Of a DNA stretch of 64,000 nucleotides, positions 1-14,630 are shown one piece after another. Source of the DNA: Camelus ferus (taxonomy: Eukaryota). Position 1 is the stretch's first letter. Each line of letters starts with the position of its first letter. The translations under genes were made by a program, and so were the position numbers. A model generated the notes under the pieces. The model was not told the DNA's origin. It saw only the letters and a program-made list of their open reading frames with translations, and did not search any database. The stretch is taken from positions 64,420,001 to 64,484,000 of the forward strand of contig NC_045697.1 in assembly GCF_009834535.1 (NCBI RefSeq). Direction: 5' to 3'.

Positions 1-879
1 TACATACTAATGCATTCTTATTCCATTATAACCAGGGAAATTTCTGTATATCTAAAATCAACAATAGCAGCAGTAACAACAATAAAAAATCAAAACCAGC
101 CTCATGTTCATTAATTTGTATTTGAAGCCAGGCTGGTATGAGTACAGGAGGATTGAATTTGACTGAAAATTTGCCACAGAGGTCACAGCCATGCAAGGAG
201 CAGTGACCCGTAAATACTAGCACCACCATGTGGAACCCTGAGAATGAAATGGACCAGACACCCTGAATCTTCGAGTCCATCACGCATACAGACACATAGC
301 CTTGGATTAGCTTCACCGAAGTGTGAACGCAAAGTAGGTGCCAGCCTATTCCCAAACATCACTCCTCCCACAAGTATATTAAAGTTTGCCTGTCAGTCCT
401 CAGGATGTCTTCCCTCCACTCTGTGAATTCTGTGTAGTGAAACAACAGATTTATGAGTATGTCATTGAAGTCTTTTTTTTTCTAAAATAAGTACCCTGGA
501 GGTCTTTGTAATAGCTCTTAAACCAACCATTGTTCTAGAGCAATACCAGGTTATGGGAGTGGGGGTGAGGCCAGCTGGTAAGGAGGCAAACATTGAGTTG
601 TTCTTCAGGAAAAGTAGACTGCCACAGAAACATACTGCAGGGAATATTATATCTGAAGGGATTTCTGCACTTCCAGCCAGAGGGCGTCTGACTTCACTAA
701 CTGATACAAGTCACTGGAGTTACACTGACAATGAAAATGCAATGTACACTCTTGGGTAGGCCTAGTTCTAGCAGTGAGATGCAATGAGTCTGAGATGTGA
801 ATGTACCAGGGCCTGAAAGGAAATGGGCAGAGGTCTTTGAGAATGAAGGCTGGACCTGAAAAAATATAAGAAAAAGAGC

Positions 880-992
880 ACTGAGAGACAGAAAAGAGAG
901 AGAGGGACAGAGAGGGAGGAGGAGAGGGAGAGGGAGAAGGAGAGGGAGAGGGAGAGGGAGAGGGAGAGTTAGAGAGAGAAGGGGGGGGAGAG
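880..992. repeat. Polypurine (GAGGGA)n / GA-rich tract
   Basis: Directly visible. It produces the SPSPSP repeat in the 647..1042 (-) ORF. Confidence 0.95.
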
Positions 993-2060
993 AAGCAAAT
1001 GTCTAAAAAGTTGTTAAGGGAATAGCTTTTGTTATGGATCAATTGTGTTTTAAGCTCCTTCTCATTTTCAGGCCCTAATCCCTATACAAAAACTAATACA
1101 TTGGAGGTTTCTCTAAAAATGTTATCCCTTTCCTTTTCCCTTGAGGCCCCTCCCACTTGGAAGAAGTCCTTGTACTTGAATTTAAGGCTATTGACCTAGG
1201 GCTCCCACCTGCCACAGCATTCCTGATGAAGAACCTAATCTGAATCATTCAGGCAGCCAGGCAAATATGCCTGTGTTTGTTCTCCCACTGCATTTCAATT
1301 CAGGCCATGTGGGCAATCAATAGAGAGTGTAAAATAACAGGAGCACGCTTGGATACACATCTCTAAAGGCCTGCATTACCACCTCCCAAACAGCTTCAAA
1401 TGCTGGCGGTGATTGCCCAATGACAAAATCACCACTGCTTACTATGCTCACTTAGAACATCATCTTTAGCTGTCATAGCCCACGGCCCTGTAGAAAGAAA
1501 CCTGATAAACCCCCTTACAGAGCACCAACCTCTAATTTACAGGACTGGTATGACTTTTACTATTTCCTTCCTTATTAATAACTTATAAAATGAAAATTTT
1601 CTAATTCAGTAATTCTTACAATTTACTTATATTTGCAAAATATGGATTAATTTTCATTAAAACAAAGAATTTTAACTCAAGCTTTAGATAATTTCCTGCT
1701 CAGAGTTAGACTCGGCTAGTGGTGTTTGAGACAGTTGAGAAGTATTGTGGCAAAGAGCAGCGCAAACCCTAGTTTCTGTTTAAACTGCGGTGTGGGCAAT
1801 CACGTTTGCTCCTTTGTTTCTAAGGTCTGAGCTGTTTGAATTGTACGGTAAACTTGAAATGATAAGGCTGCAATAAAACCACTTGAAACACCTTATAGGA
1901 TGATAGAATTCAAACTCCCATAAACTCCAAAAGAACTGATTGGATTTCCCTTGGTAAACAAAAACTGCAGTTTGAGTACAGAAAATAAGATAAAGAACTG
2001 CTTTCTGTCAGTTTAAAGCTCTTAGGGGATCTCTGTGCAATATTCTACGTACTGTTAAAA

Positions 2061-2063
<3 letters not shown>

Positions 2064-2105
<42 letters not shown>

Positions 2106-2116
2106 TGCGCGTGCAC
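2064..2116. repeat. (TG)n microsatellite followed by a CG/TG alternating tail
   Basis: About 18-19 TG units, then gcgcgtgcgcgtgcac. Confidence 0.97.
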
Positions 2117-2989
2117 CATACACAGTGTATGATTATTTTAGGATAGGATCAGATCATGTCAGTAATATTAAGTTCTAATCTTTACGTATATTGGACAAAA
2201 CAACACTAGATTCTTCATCATTAAAATGACAATAAATTATAGCTCCCCATTTTAGTGAACTAAATTATAGATTAATTTAGTTTAATTTAATCTAAGAGAA
2301 TCAAATCTCTTAGAAATTTAAACTACTAAGAAAACGGCAAATCTTTCTTAATATTTCAATAGCTGCATCAATTGAGATCGTCAATTTATCTTTTATAAAA
2401 AACTCCATATAAAATCATACAGTTTCACTCTCTGCAGTCCTCCTTCAGTTCTCCTGTCTCAGACTGAAAAGGGAAAGATTACTTCTCAGAATTCCTATTC
2501 TAGCTAAAAGTGGTTAAGAACATCAGATGTGGCATTTTTTCCCCTTTCAGCTTAGAATTTGATGAATAAAGCAGAAGACTGTAGGAGTAGTGTTTAACTC
2601 TATGTTCAATTGATCATCTTTTAATGGATTTTTTTCTAAGAAAATTTGTGAATGTAAGTTAAGGAGAGAGAAGGGGAAAAAAGTAATACATCAACTTTCT
2701 GAACACCTACACTTTTTAAAAGAAATAAGTATCATAACAAGATGTAAATCCAGTTTTCTTAACTAGTGAGTGTGCACAAGACTATTTATAAGAAATAGAT
2801 GAACATATTAATGGTTTATCCAAACTATTCTCATATTCCAAACTCCTAGAGTTGCTACATTGTAAAATGGGTAAATTAAAGCATCTTAAAATGAACTGCA
2901 TTTATTAGAATTGTTAAAAATATATATTGCCTTTGAAAATTTCAGCTTCTAAAGTTGCAATGTTGCAAGCTATTACACTAGTGCATACT

Positions 2990-4590
2990 TTTTAAAGATT
3001 TTTTTAGAGCAGTTTTATTGGCAGCAAAATTGAGAGGAAGGTAAGAGATTTCCTATGTACCCCTGCCCACACATATATATAGTCTCCCCATTATCAACAT
3101 CTGCCACCAGACCGGTGCATTTTTCACCATGGATGAACCCACACTGACACATCGTAGTCACCCAAGATCCATAGTTGACATTAGTGTTCACTATTGGTGT
3201 TGTACATTCTATGGACTTGGACAACTGTGGTATGGCATATATTCACCATTACACTATCATTCAGAGTATATTCACTGACTTAAAAATCTCTGTGTTCTGT
3301 CTATTCATACCTCCTTCACCCCTAATCCCTAGCAATCGCTGATCTTTTTACTGTCTCTATAGTTTTGCCTTTTCCAGAATGTCATAAAGTTGGGATTGTA
3401 AAGTATTCGGCATTTTCAGATTGACTTCTTTTACTTTCTAATATGCATTTAAGTTTCCTTCATGTATTTTCATGGCTTGATAGCTCATTTCTTTTTAGCC
3501 CTGAGTAACATTTCACTGTCTAGCCATGCCAAAGTTTATTTATCCATTAAAGCTATTCAAAGACATCATGATTATTTCAAATTTTGGCGATTATGAACAA
3601 AGCTGCTACAAACATTCATATGCGGGTTTTTGTGTAGACAAGTTTTCAATTCTTTTAAGTAAATACCGAAGATAATATGATAAAAGTATGTTTAGTCTTT
3701 GTAAGAAGCCACCAAACTGTCTTCCAAAGTGGCTGGACAATTTTGCTTTCACATCAGCAATGAATGAGGGTTCCTACTGTCTACATCTTTACCAGCATTT
3801 GATGTCAGTTTTCTGGAATTTGGCCACTCAAATATGTATGTAATAGTATCTCACTCATATTTTAATACGCATTTCCCTGGTGGCATACAATATGGAACAT
3901 CTTTTCATATGTTTATTTGCCATCTAGTATCTTTTTGATGAGATGTCTGTTAAGGTTTTTGGCCCACTTTTTAATCAAGTTATTTGTGTTCCTATTGCTG
4001 AATTCTTCTAGGGGTTCTTCACACACATTGGATAATAGTTCTTTATCAGATATATCTTTTGCAAATATTTTATTTCAGTCTGTGGCTTGTCTTCTAATTC
4101 TCTTGACACTGTCTTTCACAGAGCAAAAGTTTTCACTTTAATGTAGTCTGACTTATCAAATACTTCCTTTGTGGATTGTGCCTTTGTTTTCATATCTAAA
4201 AACTCATCACCAAAACACAGGTCACCTAGGTTTCTAATATTTTAACTTCCAGGAGTATTGTAGTTTTGCATTTTACGAGTATTTTTTGGGGGGGTTAATT
4301 TTTGTGAAGAGTGTAAAGTCTGTGCCTACATTCATTTTTTGCATGTGGATGTCCAGTTGTTCCAGTACTATTTATTAAAAAGACTATCTTTTCTCCATGC
4401 ATTGCCTTTCCTTCTTCGTCAAAGATCAATTGACTATATTTATGGGCTTCTGCTTCTGGGCACTGTGTTCTATTCCAGGGACTGACTTGTCTATTTTTTC
4501 ACCAGTACACACAGTCCTGTTTACCACAGCTTTGTAGTAATTCTTGATGTCAGGTAATGTTAATCCTCCAGCTTTCTTCTTCTCCCTCAG
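2990..4590 (-). mobile_element. Old LINE-1 3' UTR plus ORF2 end (L1MC-like)
   Basis: Typical antisense L1 segments such as gttcactattggtgttgtacattctatgg, ccaaactgtcttccaaagtggctg and gatgtccagttgttccagtac. No open ORF2. Confidence 0.88.
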
Positions 4591-4599
4591 TATGGTTAG

Positions 4600-4980
4600 A
4601 TATTCTCTGTTAGCCCAATTAAAAATGAAATTTTAAAACTATAAATAAAATATTTTCATTTTATCTGCATTTATTCCTTCATTGATGTACTTCCTTTCTT
4701 TATGTAGATTGAAGTTTCTGGCCTATTTTATTTCCTTCTCTCCAAAAAGCTTTGAAATTTCTTGCCAGGCAGAACTATTGGCAACAAATTCTCTCAATTT
4801 TTGCTTGTCTGAAAGTTTTGGGGGTTTTATTCACTTTTGAAGGTTAATTTCAAAGGGCACAGAATTCTAGGTTGGAGGATTCTTTTTCTCAACACTAATA
4901 TTTCACTCTATTTTTCCTGCTTTCATGGTTTCTGAGGATAAATCAGATGTAATTCTTGTCTTCCTCTATATGTAAGGCAT
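4600..4980 (-). mobile_element. Old LINE-1 fragment (ORF1/inter-ORF region)
   Basis: ttgtctgaaag...tcacttttgaagg...cacagaattctaggttgg is a typical antisense L1M motif. Confidence 0.65.
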
Positions 4981-5389
4981 TTGCCAATTTGCAAGCAGCA
5001 GGCTGCAAGTTGAGAAGCCTAGCAAACTTCCAGCAGTCTCACAGAGCTAAGGGCATAAAAACTGGACATCAAATCCCATCAAGGCCCCATGGTAAACACT
5101 TTAGATTTTCAGTTGGGATTGCTGACTAATGATATATATATTAAGGGAAGATAGAAATTGGCAAAATAACCTGGACACCTCTATACTATCAATTCAATCT
5201 TAGCTTGTACTGAATTTATCTTTCCCTAGCCTAAAGTAAATTCTCATTAGAAAGGTAACATCATTCATAGCCTCAAATTATTTCAAGAATTTTTTTTAAC
5301 ATGCAATGGTTGGCATCAATCAAAATGTATTAAAATCAACAAAAATTAAAAGAAAGTAAATGAAAAGATTAAACAAAGTTAGGAACAAT

Positions 5390-7050
5390 AATCACTGAAA
5401 TAGAAAAGAAATTTACAATGTGGAAAAATCTACAATAGAAAAATTTGTTCTTTGAAAAATCAACAAGTCTCTAAAAGGTCTTATAGCTAAGAAGAGAAAA
5501 AGGAGGAGGTGGTGAAGGGAGGAGAGAAGGAGGAAGAAGCAAAGTAGAAGAAGGTAGTGAAGGAGAAGAGACAGAGGGAGATTGGCAGGAAGGAGGTAGA
5601 AAGAGATAGAGAGAGGAAAAAAACTAAAAATTACCAGCAACAGTAATGAGAAGGGGTTGGCTCTATAAGTCCCACTAATATTAAAAATACTTCAATATAT
5701 TTTAAATTGTATCAAAAATTTAATTAGAATTAAAATAGAAAAAAATGGAAAGCAGCACTAATTCTGAATACCATAACATTTATTAAGGAAACTAAACCCT
5801 TATTTTTCAAAAAAGAGAAAAAAAAGTCTTCCCAGAAATAGAATTACAAGTCTGAATGGCTTCATTGAGGAATCTTTGCAAACAGTTAAGAAAGTGATAC
5901 ACCAATCACACATATACCAATTGTTTCTAGAAAAAAGTTAACACTTTCCAACTCTTTCTATGAAAGCAGAATAAACTTTAACATAAAATTCTCAAAAGAT
6001 ACTGGCTAAAAGAAGAACAAAAATCTTTAAATACCTAGAAATAAATTTAACAAAAGATATATAAGATTTTTAAATACTGAGACTAAATATATTTGTGGAG
6101 GGGTAAAACTAAATATTGGGAACAAGTTGTTTCCCTCAAATTATCTGTATATTCAATGCAACCACAATAAAAACTCAGAAGTTTTTGACATTGAAATTAC
6201 TATTCTAAAATTTATATTAAATTACAAAGGGCCAAGAATCACCAAGACAGTCCTGAAGAAAACAAAGTTGAAGAACTTTTACTATTATGAGAACTTGTAC
6301 TATGCTTTACTACAATAATATGTAAAATATTGTGGGTCGTGGCATCAAGAAAATCAAATGGATCGTTGGATCAGAATGAAGTGTCCAGAACATAAATGTG
6401 AGCTTGATTTATGATAAATGATTCATGACAGAACAGTGGGTAAAGGATGGTCATTACAAAGAATGGTACTGGATAAATGGGATAGCATACACGAAAAGTA
6501 ATGTGTCTTGGCCCCTTATATATCATATACAAATGCCAATGCCAACTGGATATACTGGATTATAGATCTAAAACTGAAAAATAAAATCAGAAGTTTTTAG
6601 CTGGTAGCATAGAAAAATACCTTCTTTTCCTTAACAATGTAAGCCAATTATTTCTTATATAGGACACAAAGGTATAAACTGTAAAGAAAAAATACTGATA
6701 TATTGAACTGCAATGTATTTAAAAACAATACATTTAATGTAGAGAATAAAATTACAAGCCACAAACCAGAAGAAGGTATTTACAGTACATATATCTGAAA
6801 AAGAATTTTGTTCAAAATAAATAAGCTCTGACAAAGAGAGATGAGAGAGAGAATCTAATAGGGAAAAAAAACACAGTAAACAGAACAAGCATAAAAGAGG
6901 AAATCAAAAAGTTAAAAGCCTTTAAAAACTAAAAAAACATGCTTCAAATTTGAGGTATCAGATAAATGTAAATTAAAACTTCAATATGATACCATCACAA
7001 AATTACCAGAACAGCTAATTGTAAAATAAAATACAATAGCAAGTATTATA
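5390..7050 (+). mobile_element. Highly decayed LINE-1 ORF2 fragments (L1ME/L1M5-like), with a purine-rich tract at about 5490-5620
   Basis: Motifs such as ttctttgaaaaatcaacaa, ctagaaataaatttaacaaaagat and ctaaaatttatat...aaagggccaagaat. ORF 6127..6318 contains ILKFILNYKGPRITKTVLKK, an L1 ORF2p-like peptide. Confidence 0.8.
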
Positions 7051-7059
7051 CCATTTAGC

Positions 7060-7260
7060 TTTCTAGCAAAAATGTATGCAAATTCCAGTTATTCTACATT
7101 CTTGTCAACATTTGGTGTTGTCAGTTTTTAGAATTTTAGCCATTCTGATGAGTGAATGGTGAAAACGTTATGGGTTTTATTTGTGTTTCCTTAATGACTA
7201 ACAAATTGAACACTTTTTCATGTGAAATAATCATCTGTGTTTCTGGACATACTTGTTTAC
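7060..7260 (-). mobile_element. LINE-1 ORF2 C-terminal fragment, antisense
   Basis: cattcttgtcaacatttggtgttgtcag...ttttagccattctgatgagtg...tttccttaatgactaac. Confidence 0.7.
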
Positions 7261-9379
7261 AGCGTATCATTATTAATGATGCACAAGCACCTTTCTGCCA
7301 GTGAGAACAAATCTGTAAAATGAAAAGTAGCAAGTAAAAAGAAATCCAGTATTTTTTGGCCTTTTACCCCACGTATACACAACAGTAAACATATGGTGAT
7401 TTAATCATGTAAGTGCAGGAAAATAAAATGACAAGAGGTCAAATATCATAATTCTGTTTTTATTTAATAGATTTCAGTAAAGACTAAACAAAAAGTCTTT
7501 GCGTGATGGAGTTGGACAATTTGAAATGCTATAAATTTCCTACCTTCCTTTTATTCTTAAAATTTATCTAAGTTTAAAATTTATTCTTATGTAAACTGCA
7601 TGTCAACTTCATTTTCAAGAGTCTAAACTTGGTTCCCCACAGCTTCATGAGGGGGAAGGCATCTCATAGATGCCACAACATATTAAGTATCAAATTACTT
7701 AGTAGTGTTAGCATGTCCACTACTGATCTTTCTTACTAGTTCACTGAGGAAAGATCATTCATGCTGCTCAAAACCTGCTTATTTACATATATGGAGGAGA
7801 AAAAAATAAGATTCACAAGAAAATAAAGCAGAACAGACAGGTATATAATTTTGCAGTCTATAACTTAAAATGAGTAGCCTAAAATAATCCAAACAATAAT
7901 CCTTCAAAGACAGAATATTTTGTTCCTTCCTTTTGATTATTATTATTTAAGAATAATTTTAGATTGTGTTTCTACCTAAAAATGACTTTTAATCTCAAGG
8001 ATTATGTTAATGCAATAGAAATAGCACTATCATTTTTATTTCTTGAGTTTCATAGAGTTTTATACCCTCAATTTTCATTAGTAAACAACTATAGAAAATA
8101 TGTATTTAACTATAGCAGCTAGGTAAGTAAACAAAAATCTTCCCTATAATCTCATTTACTATTAATTCAGGTGTTCCCTGGAATAACATGACTTTTTATA
8201 GTAACTAAGCAAATAATAATGAATAAATATTATTATAGTTAACTCTGACTCAGACACTATACTGATGAACTGATTATGTGTGTGTGTTTGTGTATGAAGT
8301 GTACACAGTTGTTAAATCATCTACTTATCAACTGTGTGTTTAACAACAGCTGTGGGAAAGTCTAGGAACCATACATACAAGCTTTCATGGACCTTAAGGT
8401 TTAGGTAACCATAAAATCCAAATGAGTATGCCAGAGTGTATCTCCGACAAACCAACACTCCCTCAGCATCTACGTTTAACAGACAATAATTTGATTTGTG
8501 TACTCTGGGACTCTTACTTCTAAACTAAATCTAAGAGCTATCGAGATTTTTGTTATAGATACACAGTTCTAGACTAGTTAAGAGTTATGGTAATCTATCC
8601 TTTACATGTGCTATAAATACAGAGAGGACACATAGAAAATTTGGTGGAATTTCTTAAATTTCAGATTAATTTCTCACCACCTGCCTCAGGCAATTTAATA
8701 TAGCCTATGGGGTTAATTCTAGATTGTAAACTTCTTAAAGGAAAAGCTTATGTTTTCTTGGGTTTTATATCTTAACTTATCATCATGCAAGTGAATGTAA
8801 GGTTCTTTCTAAATGTGTTTTGAAAAAGTGATTTCTAAGTCCCTCTCTAAATCTGAAATTTTGACACACAGAAAAATTTAACCAGACATATTCCTATCTA
8901 TTTATAATAATGAGTGCAAATATTTAACATATTTTAATTTAATTGTTTGATTTTTATACATTCATAAAAAGTAAAGGGGAGAAGTTTTCAAAGTATATGA
9001 ATTATAATTTTACCTGATGTAGCTTGATAATTTTTTAATATTTTATTCACTCATCTTTCATTCACTAAGTATGATTCTTCTGAAAGGCTGTTGGAAGTTA
9101 GGATTACTGAAATATAAAAGATTTAGCTCTGTTCTTTGAGGATTGTATTTCAGGGCTTGATTTTTATTGAATTATGCATATGATTCAATTCTCCTTTTCC
9201 TATTTTAGGTAGAATTAACCAGGGAAATAGCTAGCAGAATTTTCCTCCTGGAAGTGATAAAATCATTTCCATGATTTTCATCTCCATGTTTGTTATACAT
9301 ACAATTCCACATACTAGTCACAGAAAACTGTTAATTCACTGGACTTGGAACTTGGAAATAGCCTCCCATCTAATTCGAT

Positions 9380-9510
9380 ATCATCCAAAATGTGGTTCAT
9401 AGAACATCTACTTCAGTATCACCTAAGTGTTTGTCAAAAATGAAGATTCCTGGGCTTCACACTTGACAAATTAGAATCATATAAAACATTTTTGTGGCAA
9501 AGGTAGGACC
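9380..9510. mobile_element. MER5A-like hAT-Charlie MITE fragment
   Basis: caaaatgtggttc...atcacct...tttgtcaaaaatgaagattcctgggc resembles the MER5A core. Confidence 0.65.
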
Positions 9511-10739
9511 ACAATTTAGGTTTCTTAAATTCTGGTACTGTGTTTTACCCTTTCACTCTTCTTCCATTTCAAATAAAGTATCCATATGTTATGGTAAAAA
9601 AAAGTTTAACTTGTCAATTTTGCTGTGTTTATCAACACAAAGACATGGCATAGTGTACATAGGATCAAAATATTTCTGAATCTAAATATGTTGACTGAAC
9701 CTTTTTCACTTTCTTGGATTTAACATAATTCTATAATGTGACAGAATTGGATTCCAAGGATATCTGAACTACCCAAATCTAGCAGTTCTAATTATTTATA
9801 TTGTACTGCATTTAAGATATCAACATTTCCTAATGAAATATTTCAGAGTCATTTGGATAAAACTGGTGAAAAAACATAAAGCAGAAGAAAAAATATTTCT
9901 AGCAAACAAGACACCAAATGGGAGTTACATTTTGAAATTGACTTATTTTCTATAATTAACATCAATTTAATAATTTTTTTTCAAAAATATGGAATAATGG
10001 TCATTGGCAGTCTAATTAAATGCCAGATGGCACCTTAAAAGAGCAAAAGTCAAATGTCTGAGAGATAAAGACTTTGCAAAAAGATGCTGAAAGCTGTCAT
10101 TAATAACTAAATTAATCAAAACTCCAAGACTACAAAGTAATCTTTGGAATTGTACACAAAAAATTATAAAAAAAACTGAAATGCATGTTTCAATAATTAA
10201 TGTAGCACATATGTTTTCTTAATTGAAAATTTATTTAACAAATAATTAAAATAATATTTTCTGCTCTGATCAGGTAATGTTCTTACTATATTAAACTATT
10301 CTGTTTCACATCATTTGTTCATGTACTTTCCTGTGTTTTATCTAGATGTACAAATGTTTAAAGGAATGTAAATCCTAAAATCCTACATATCTTTTTGAAA
10401 TATACCCAGTGAATATTTATAATTCTTTGATAAGTTTCTGTGTCCTAAGAGGACGAGGAATATGGATGGTAAACTGGATGTATGTGAATTCTTCAAGGTT
10501 CAAAACGTATGGTAAACTTATAATGAATATTATCCAGGAGGACAGACTGTAAAATTAATATAAAAAAAGAGTAGCTCACTGTGTATTTATTGAGCTCTTC
10601 TAGTGCCTAAAATATGTCCTACAATATAGCAAGTTCTCCATAAATGTTTCTTCAACTGATTTAAACATAACACCATATCCAGTAGCTTTACATAAGGTAC
10701 TGTGGGAATACTTAAATCCAGTAACATTACAAAAGCAAT

Positions 10740-10870
10740 AATAATTTTAGGCATACTACTTTAAATGAGTAAGAAAACTAAAGTTAGAGTTGCCAAAGAT
10801 CCTAGAGCTAACCAAGGACTCAAAACCCAAGTCTGTAGATGCTAAAGACCATGTACTATCCACAATTTCA
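10740..10870. mobile_element. MIR SINE fragment
   Basis: ttaaatgagtaagaaaactaaagttagag...ttgccaaagatc...aaaacccaagtctg follows the MIR core pattern. Confidence 0.55.
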
Positions 10871-13159
10871 CACTTCAATATACAAGGTATTTAAAGAAAT
10901 ATATTTAGAACTCCATCACACAGAAGTCAAGCCCTAAACATCTAGAGAAAGCAACATTCAAAATAACTCCTTTCCTAATGTTTCAGAAATCACTATTAAT
11001 ATTATAAAACCATGAATATCACATACGGGTCAATTTTAGTATGCCTATCTGTTGAGCACTGCCTTCCCTCTAATGGACCCTTTAACTTCTTTATGGACTC
11101 ATAAAAGTACACTGCAAAGCTAGCTAATACCCAAAATTTAGAACCACTGGACTTCAAATATTGATCCTGATATATTTTTCACTAGATCCTCCTAGTTTTT
11201 AAATCTTGCTCCAATAATCCTCAGGCCCCTGCTAGATACTGCACTGTTTTCTATCTGATCTTCTCATTATTATTTCTGGATCAGCCCTATTCTCTCAGCT
11301 CAGTATCTCCCTTGCCTTGGGTGAGTCTTTCATACTGAAATTCTCCACAACCTAACTCCAGCCATATTTAGTCTTTTGGCCACTCTTTACCCTCTTTTAG
11401 AAGAGAAAGATGATACTGATACTACATTATCTATCTATGGCTTTAGGTCCATATAGCTAATGTACTGATGCAATACTTAGCTACAGAAGTAATTCTGTAA
11501 GCACTTTGCAGATTTTTAACATTTACCCAAGAACTATAAGCATTTAAATTCAAGTTAACAAATTGTATTAAGTACTTTCTATATTTCCACATTTAAGGGA
11601 GTATCAAGGATAGACAATGTATATGATATGGTCCATCCAAGATAGAATTTTAATATACATGGCTATATATAATTTATTCTGTAGGCAAACTTTAGAACCA
11701 TCCTCAAAAAAGATTATATTTCCTTTCATCTATATTTAGTTCTCTCACTGTTATTCTAATATTCTTTAACTTTTCTGTCTGTATGTTATTATACTGGAAG
11801 CATTTTGTGAAAGGTAATTTTTGCTCTTGTTCAGTATTATCTTTCTAGGGCTTAGAACAGTATCTAACAAGTGTAAATGTTAGGGTACTCAAAATTATTC
11901 ATTGAATGAATGACTGAATTGCAGGTTTATGTATGGTCCCACAACTTACCAAGGACACTTCTAGAATAACAACAGTTATTAGTAAATTATAGTAGAATCA
12001 CTGTTGTTGAGACAGTTACTAAATTACAACATTCTTGATCAATAAAAATACTTATCAAATCCATCCACCACATATACATTCCCATCAATTATATTGCCTC
12101 AAACTCTCTTCTCTGTCAGACAAATAAGGACCTTCCTGCAATATTTCCCATTATGTGGGTCATAATTAACAGTTACAAACTCTGTTGTTCAGTTATTGAA
12201 ATTCATCATGCTGGATCAGTGCCTTAACAAAGATTCAAGTTAATAAAGAAGAGGTATCATAGAAAGGATAATCCAGTGGATTGTACTATAGGCATCTTTC
12301 ATAGACTCTAAAATTTTTATGTAAGCAATACAAAGATAGTATTTATTTATAAGAATTTATCTCATTTGATTGTGAGGGGGGTTTTTTTGGTACATTTTCA
12401 TTGAGAAAGTCATCTTGTTACTACCTATTATAAAGTAGTATTTTGAAAATAGTTTTAATTTTTTAGTTCATGAACTGCTAGCCTCTCAATTGGAAATTAT
12501 ACATTGTTCCATTGCCAGTGACAATTTATTAGTTTCTCCAATATGGATGTCATAGTATTCTTAATTTTGATACAAAGTCTTGGAAGTCAGAAAATATATT
12601 ACCAGTCTTCTTTATATTCATATCTTTGATGAAATCTGAGTTATGAAGTAGAAATTTATTATAATGGAAACGCTTACAACATGTTTTTTTATAAGAAATT
12701 GATGTGAGGTTCACAACACAGATTACTGAAGACCACTGGATTACTGAACTTAAAAATAGAAATAAATATTCCAAAATAGACAGTACTTAAAAACAAAGTT
12801 TGTGTGCTCAATAGGTATTTTTCATAAAATTTTTCATAATTGATACTTCACAGTAAGTCTACATTCATTTAGTTTTAATGAGCTATATCTACCTAAATCA
12901 TAATTTGATGGATATTTCTGAAGTTAATTAATACACCAATGCTGTGAAGTTCATGCAAGGTACAGTACTACAAAAATAGTAGAAAATGTGACCTAGAAAA
13001 TTCAATATGGCAACAATTTTCCTGTTGTTTTGTTCATTTTCCTTTGGAAATATGGGCATATTTGTTTCCAAATTTTTTTCTCATTATGACTTGTTCATTT
13101 TTTTATTGAAACAAAAATATAGATTATTTCTTGTATTTTAATTGTGCCAGAGCTTTAGA

Positions 13160-13191
<32 letters not shown>
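13160..13191. repeat. (TG)n microsatellite
   Basis: Directly visible. Confidence 0.97.
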
Positions 13192-13193
<2 letters not shown>

Positions 13194-13339
13194 AGAGAGA
13201 CAGACAACAGACACGTATTTTTAGCAGTTAATTTTTTGTTTCCTTTTTAAGGCATTTTCCAGTGTTTCCACACAATGTAACAGTATGGGAAATACTATGT
13301 ATATTTCTATTTTTACCAGTTATGAGTATCCAAAGTAGA

Positions 13340-13870
13340 CTTGAAATTCGTCACTTGTTTATTTAACAAATATTAAGGAAATGTTGCTATGGAACACAGT
13401 TCCTGTTCAATTTGGGCTTCTGACAAGGAAAGAGATTTAAAACAAATTTTATACCAATTTTTTTCATTGCAATTATGTTAAGTACTATAAAGGAAAACTA
13501 TATATTGTGTAATAAGGGAATAGAGCCTGATTTAGGGGGTGGGGAGCCAGAAGGTCTTCCCTGAGTCAGTCCTGAAGAATTTACAGGAGTGAGACGACAA
13601 AAACTGAGGATAAGAGTTTTCCAGGCAGCAGGATCAGCAGGTGTGTGTATGGAGAACATAAGGTGACAAGATGCTCGGTTTGCACAAAGAGCTAAATTAA
13701 ATACAGGTTGTCCGGAGTATAACAATTGATTGAAAGAGAAATTCAAAATAAAAGTTTAGATGTAGGTAATAGATTCCATTTATCCAGCATTGTAATCTTT
13801 ACAAAAGATGTTGTATGATATCTAAAAAGCCTGGGAAGTCACCGAAATACTTTAAGCAAAGGAGTGACAA
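13340..13870 (-). mobile_element. L2 LINE remnant
   Basis: cacttgtttatttaacaaatatt tail, gaaggtcttccctgag...gtcctgaagaat, ttccaggcag and tttaagcaaaggagtgaca. Confidence 0.6.
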
Positions 13871-14469
13871 CCCAGGTTGGCAGCACCTAATCCAACACTA
13901 ACCCGCCAAGCCTACACATGGCTGCTGCTTCTTTTCTGCCTTCCAAACATTACAGATACCTCTTGTGGACAATCCTAATCCAGAAACACACAGGGAACAG
14001 AATTCTTGGAAGCATTAGTTCCATTTTTGCTAAATTAATATAGTGCAAAATCATCACATTATTCAACTATTAAAGGTGTGCATATTTTTGATTCTCATAC
14101 TAACCATCTCTAAGTTAAAAAATGCATTCATTTTAACCTTAAGAGTTATGCAATATGTGTAGATAACTGAATAGGCTGAATAGAAATAGGGAAACTACAA
14201 TTTATTATATTTTCTCAATAGATTTGAGAAAATACTATAGTACAAATAGAATAACTTCATTATTATAATTACTATTATTGGCAAGAATAAAATCTACATG
14301 CCTCATCAATAAGTACGGCCTTGAATATGAACCAAGATTTTTTTAAATTGGACAATATACTGCTTTCTATATTTTTGCTTAATAAGGTAATGATACTCAT
14401 TGTTTTCAATAAAGACAAACTAATGAATCGTTCACAACTATAAAATATTTCAAAATTTTATGTGATGTA

Positions 14470-14630
14470 CTTCACGTTTTAGATTAACGTGCTTTAGCTC
14501 CCCAAGTTTTAAATTAACAAATTAAGCTCAGAGCTATTAGGTACATGGCCGAGGTCAACTACCTGATACATGGCTGTAGTGAAACTGAAATTCAGGTCTA
14601 TCTTTTGACTCTAATTACAATGCCCTTTAA
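14470..14630. mobile_element. MIR SINE fragment
   Basis: aattaagctcagag...catggccgaggtca...gaaattcaggtctatc...tgactcta. Confidence 0.55.

Noticed and set aside
26..426. Three overlapping short ORFs at the window start
   Set aside because: No recognisable protein and no consistent splice framing.
647..1042. 131-aa ORF with SP repeats
   Set aside because: Translation of the GA-rich tract; low complexity.
6930..7260. Opposed homologous L1 segments as an inverted repeat
   Set aside because: Too diverged to pair; two old L1 fragments.
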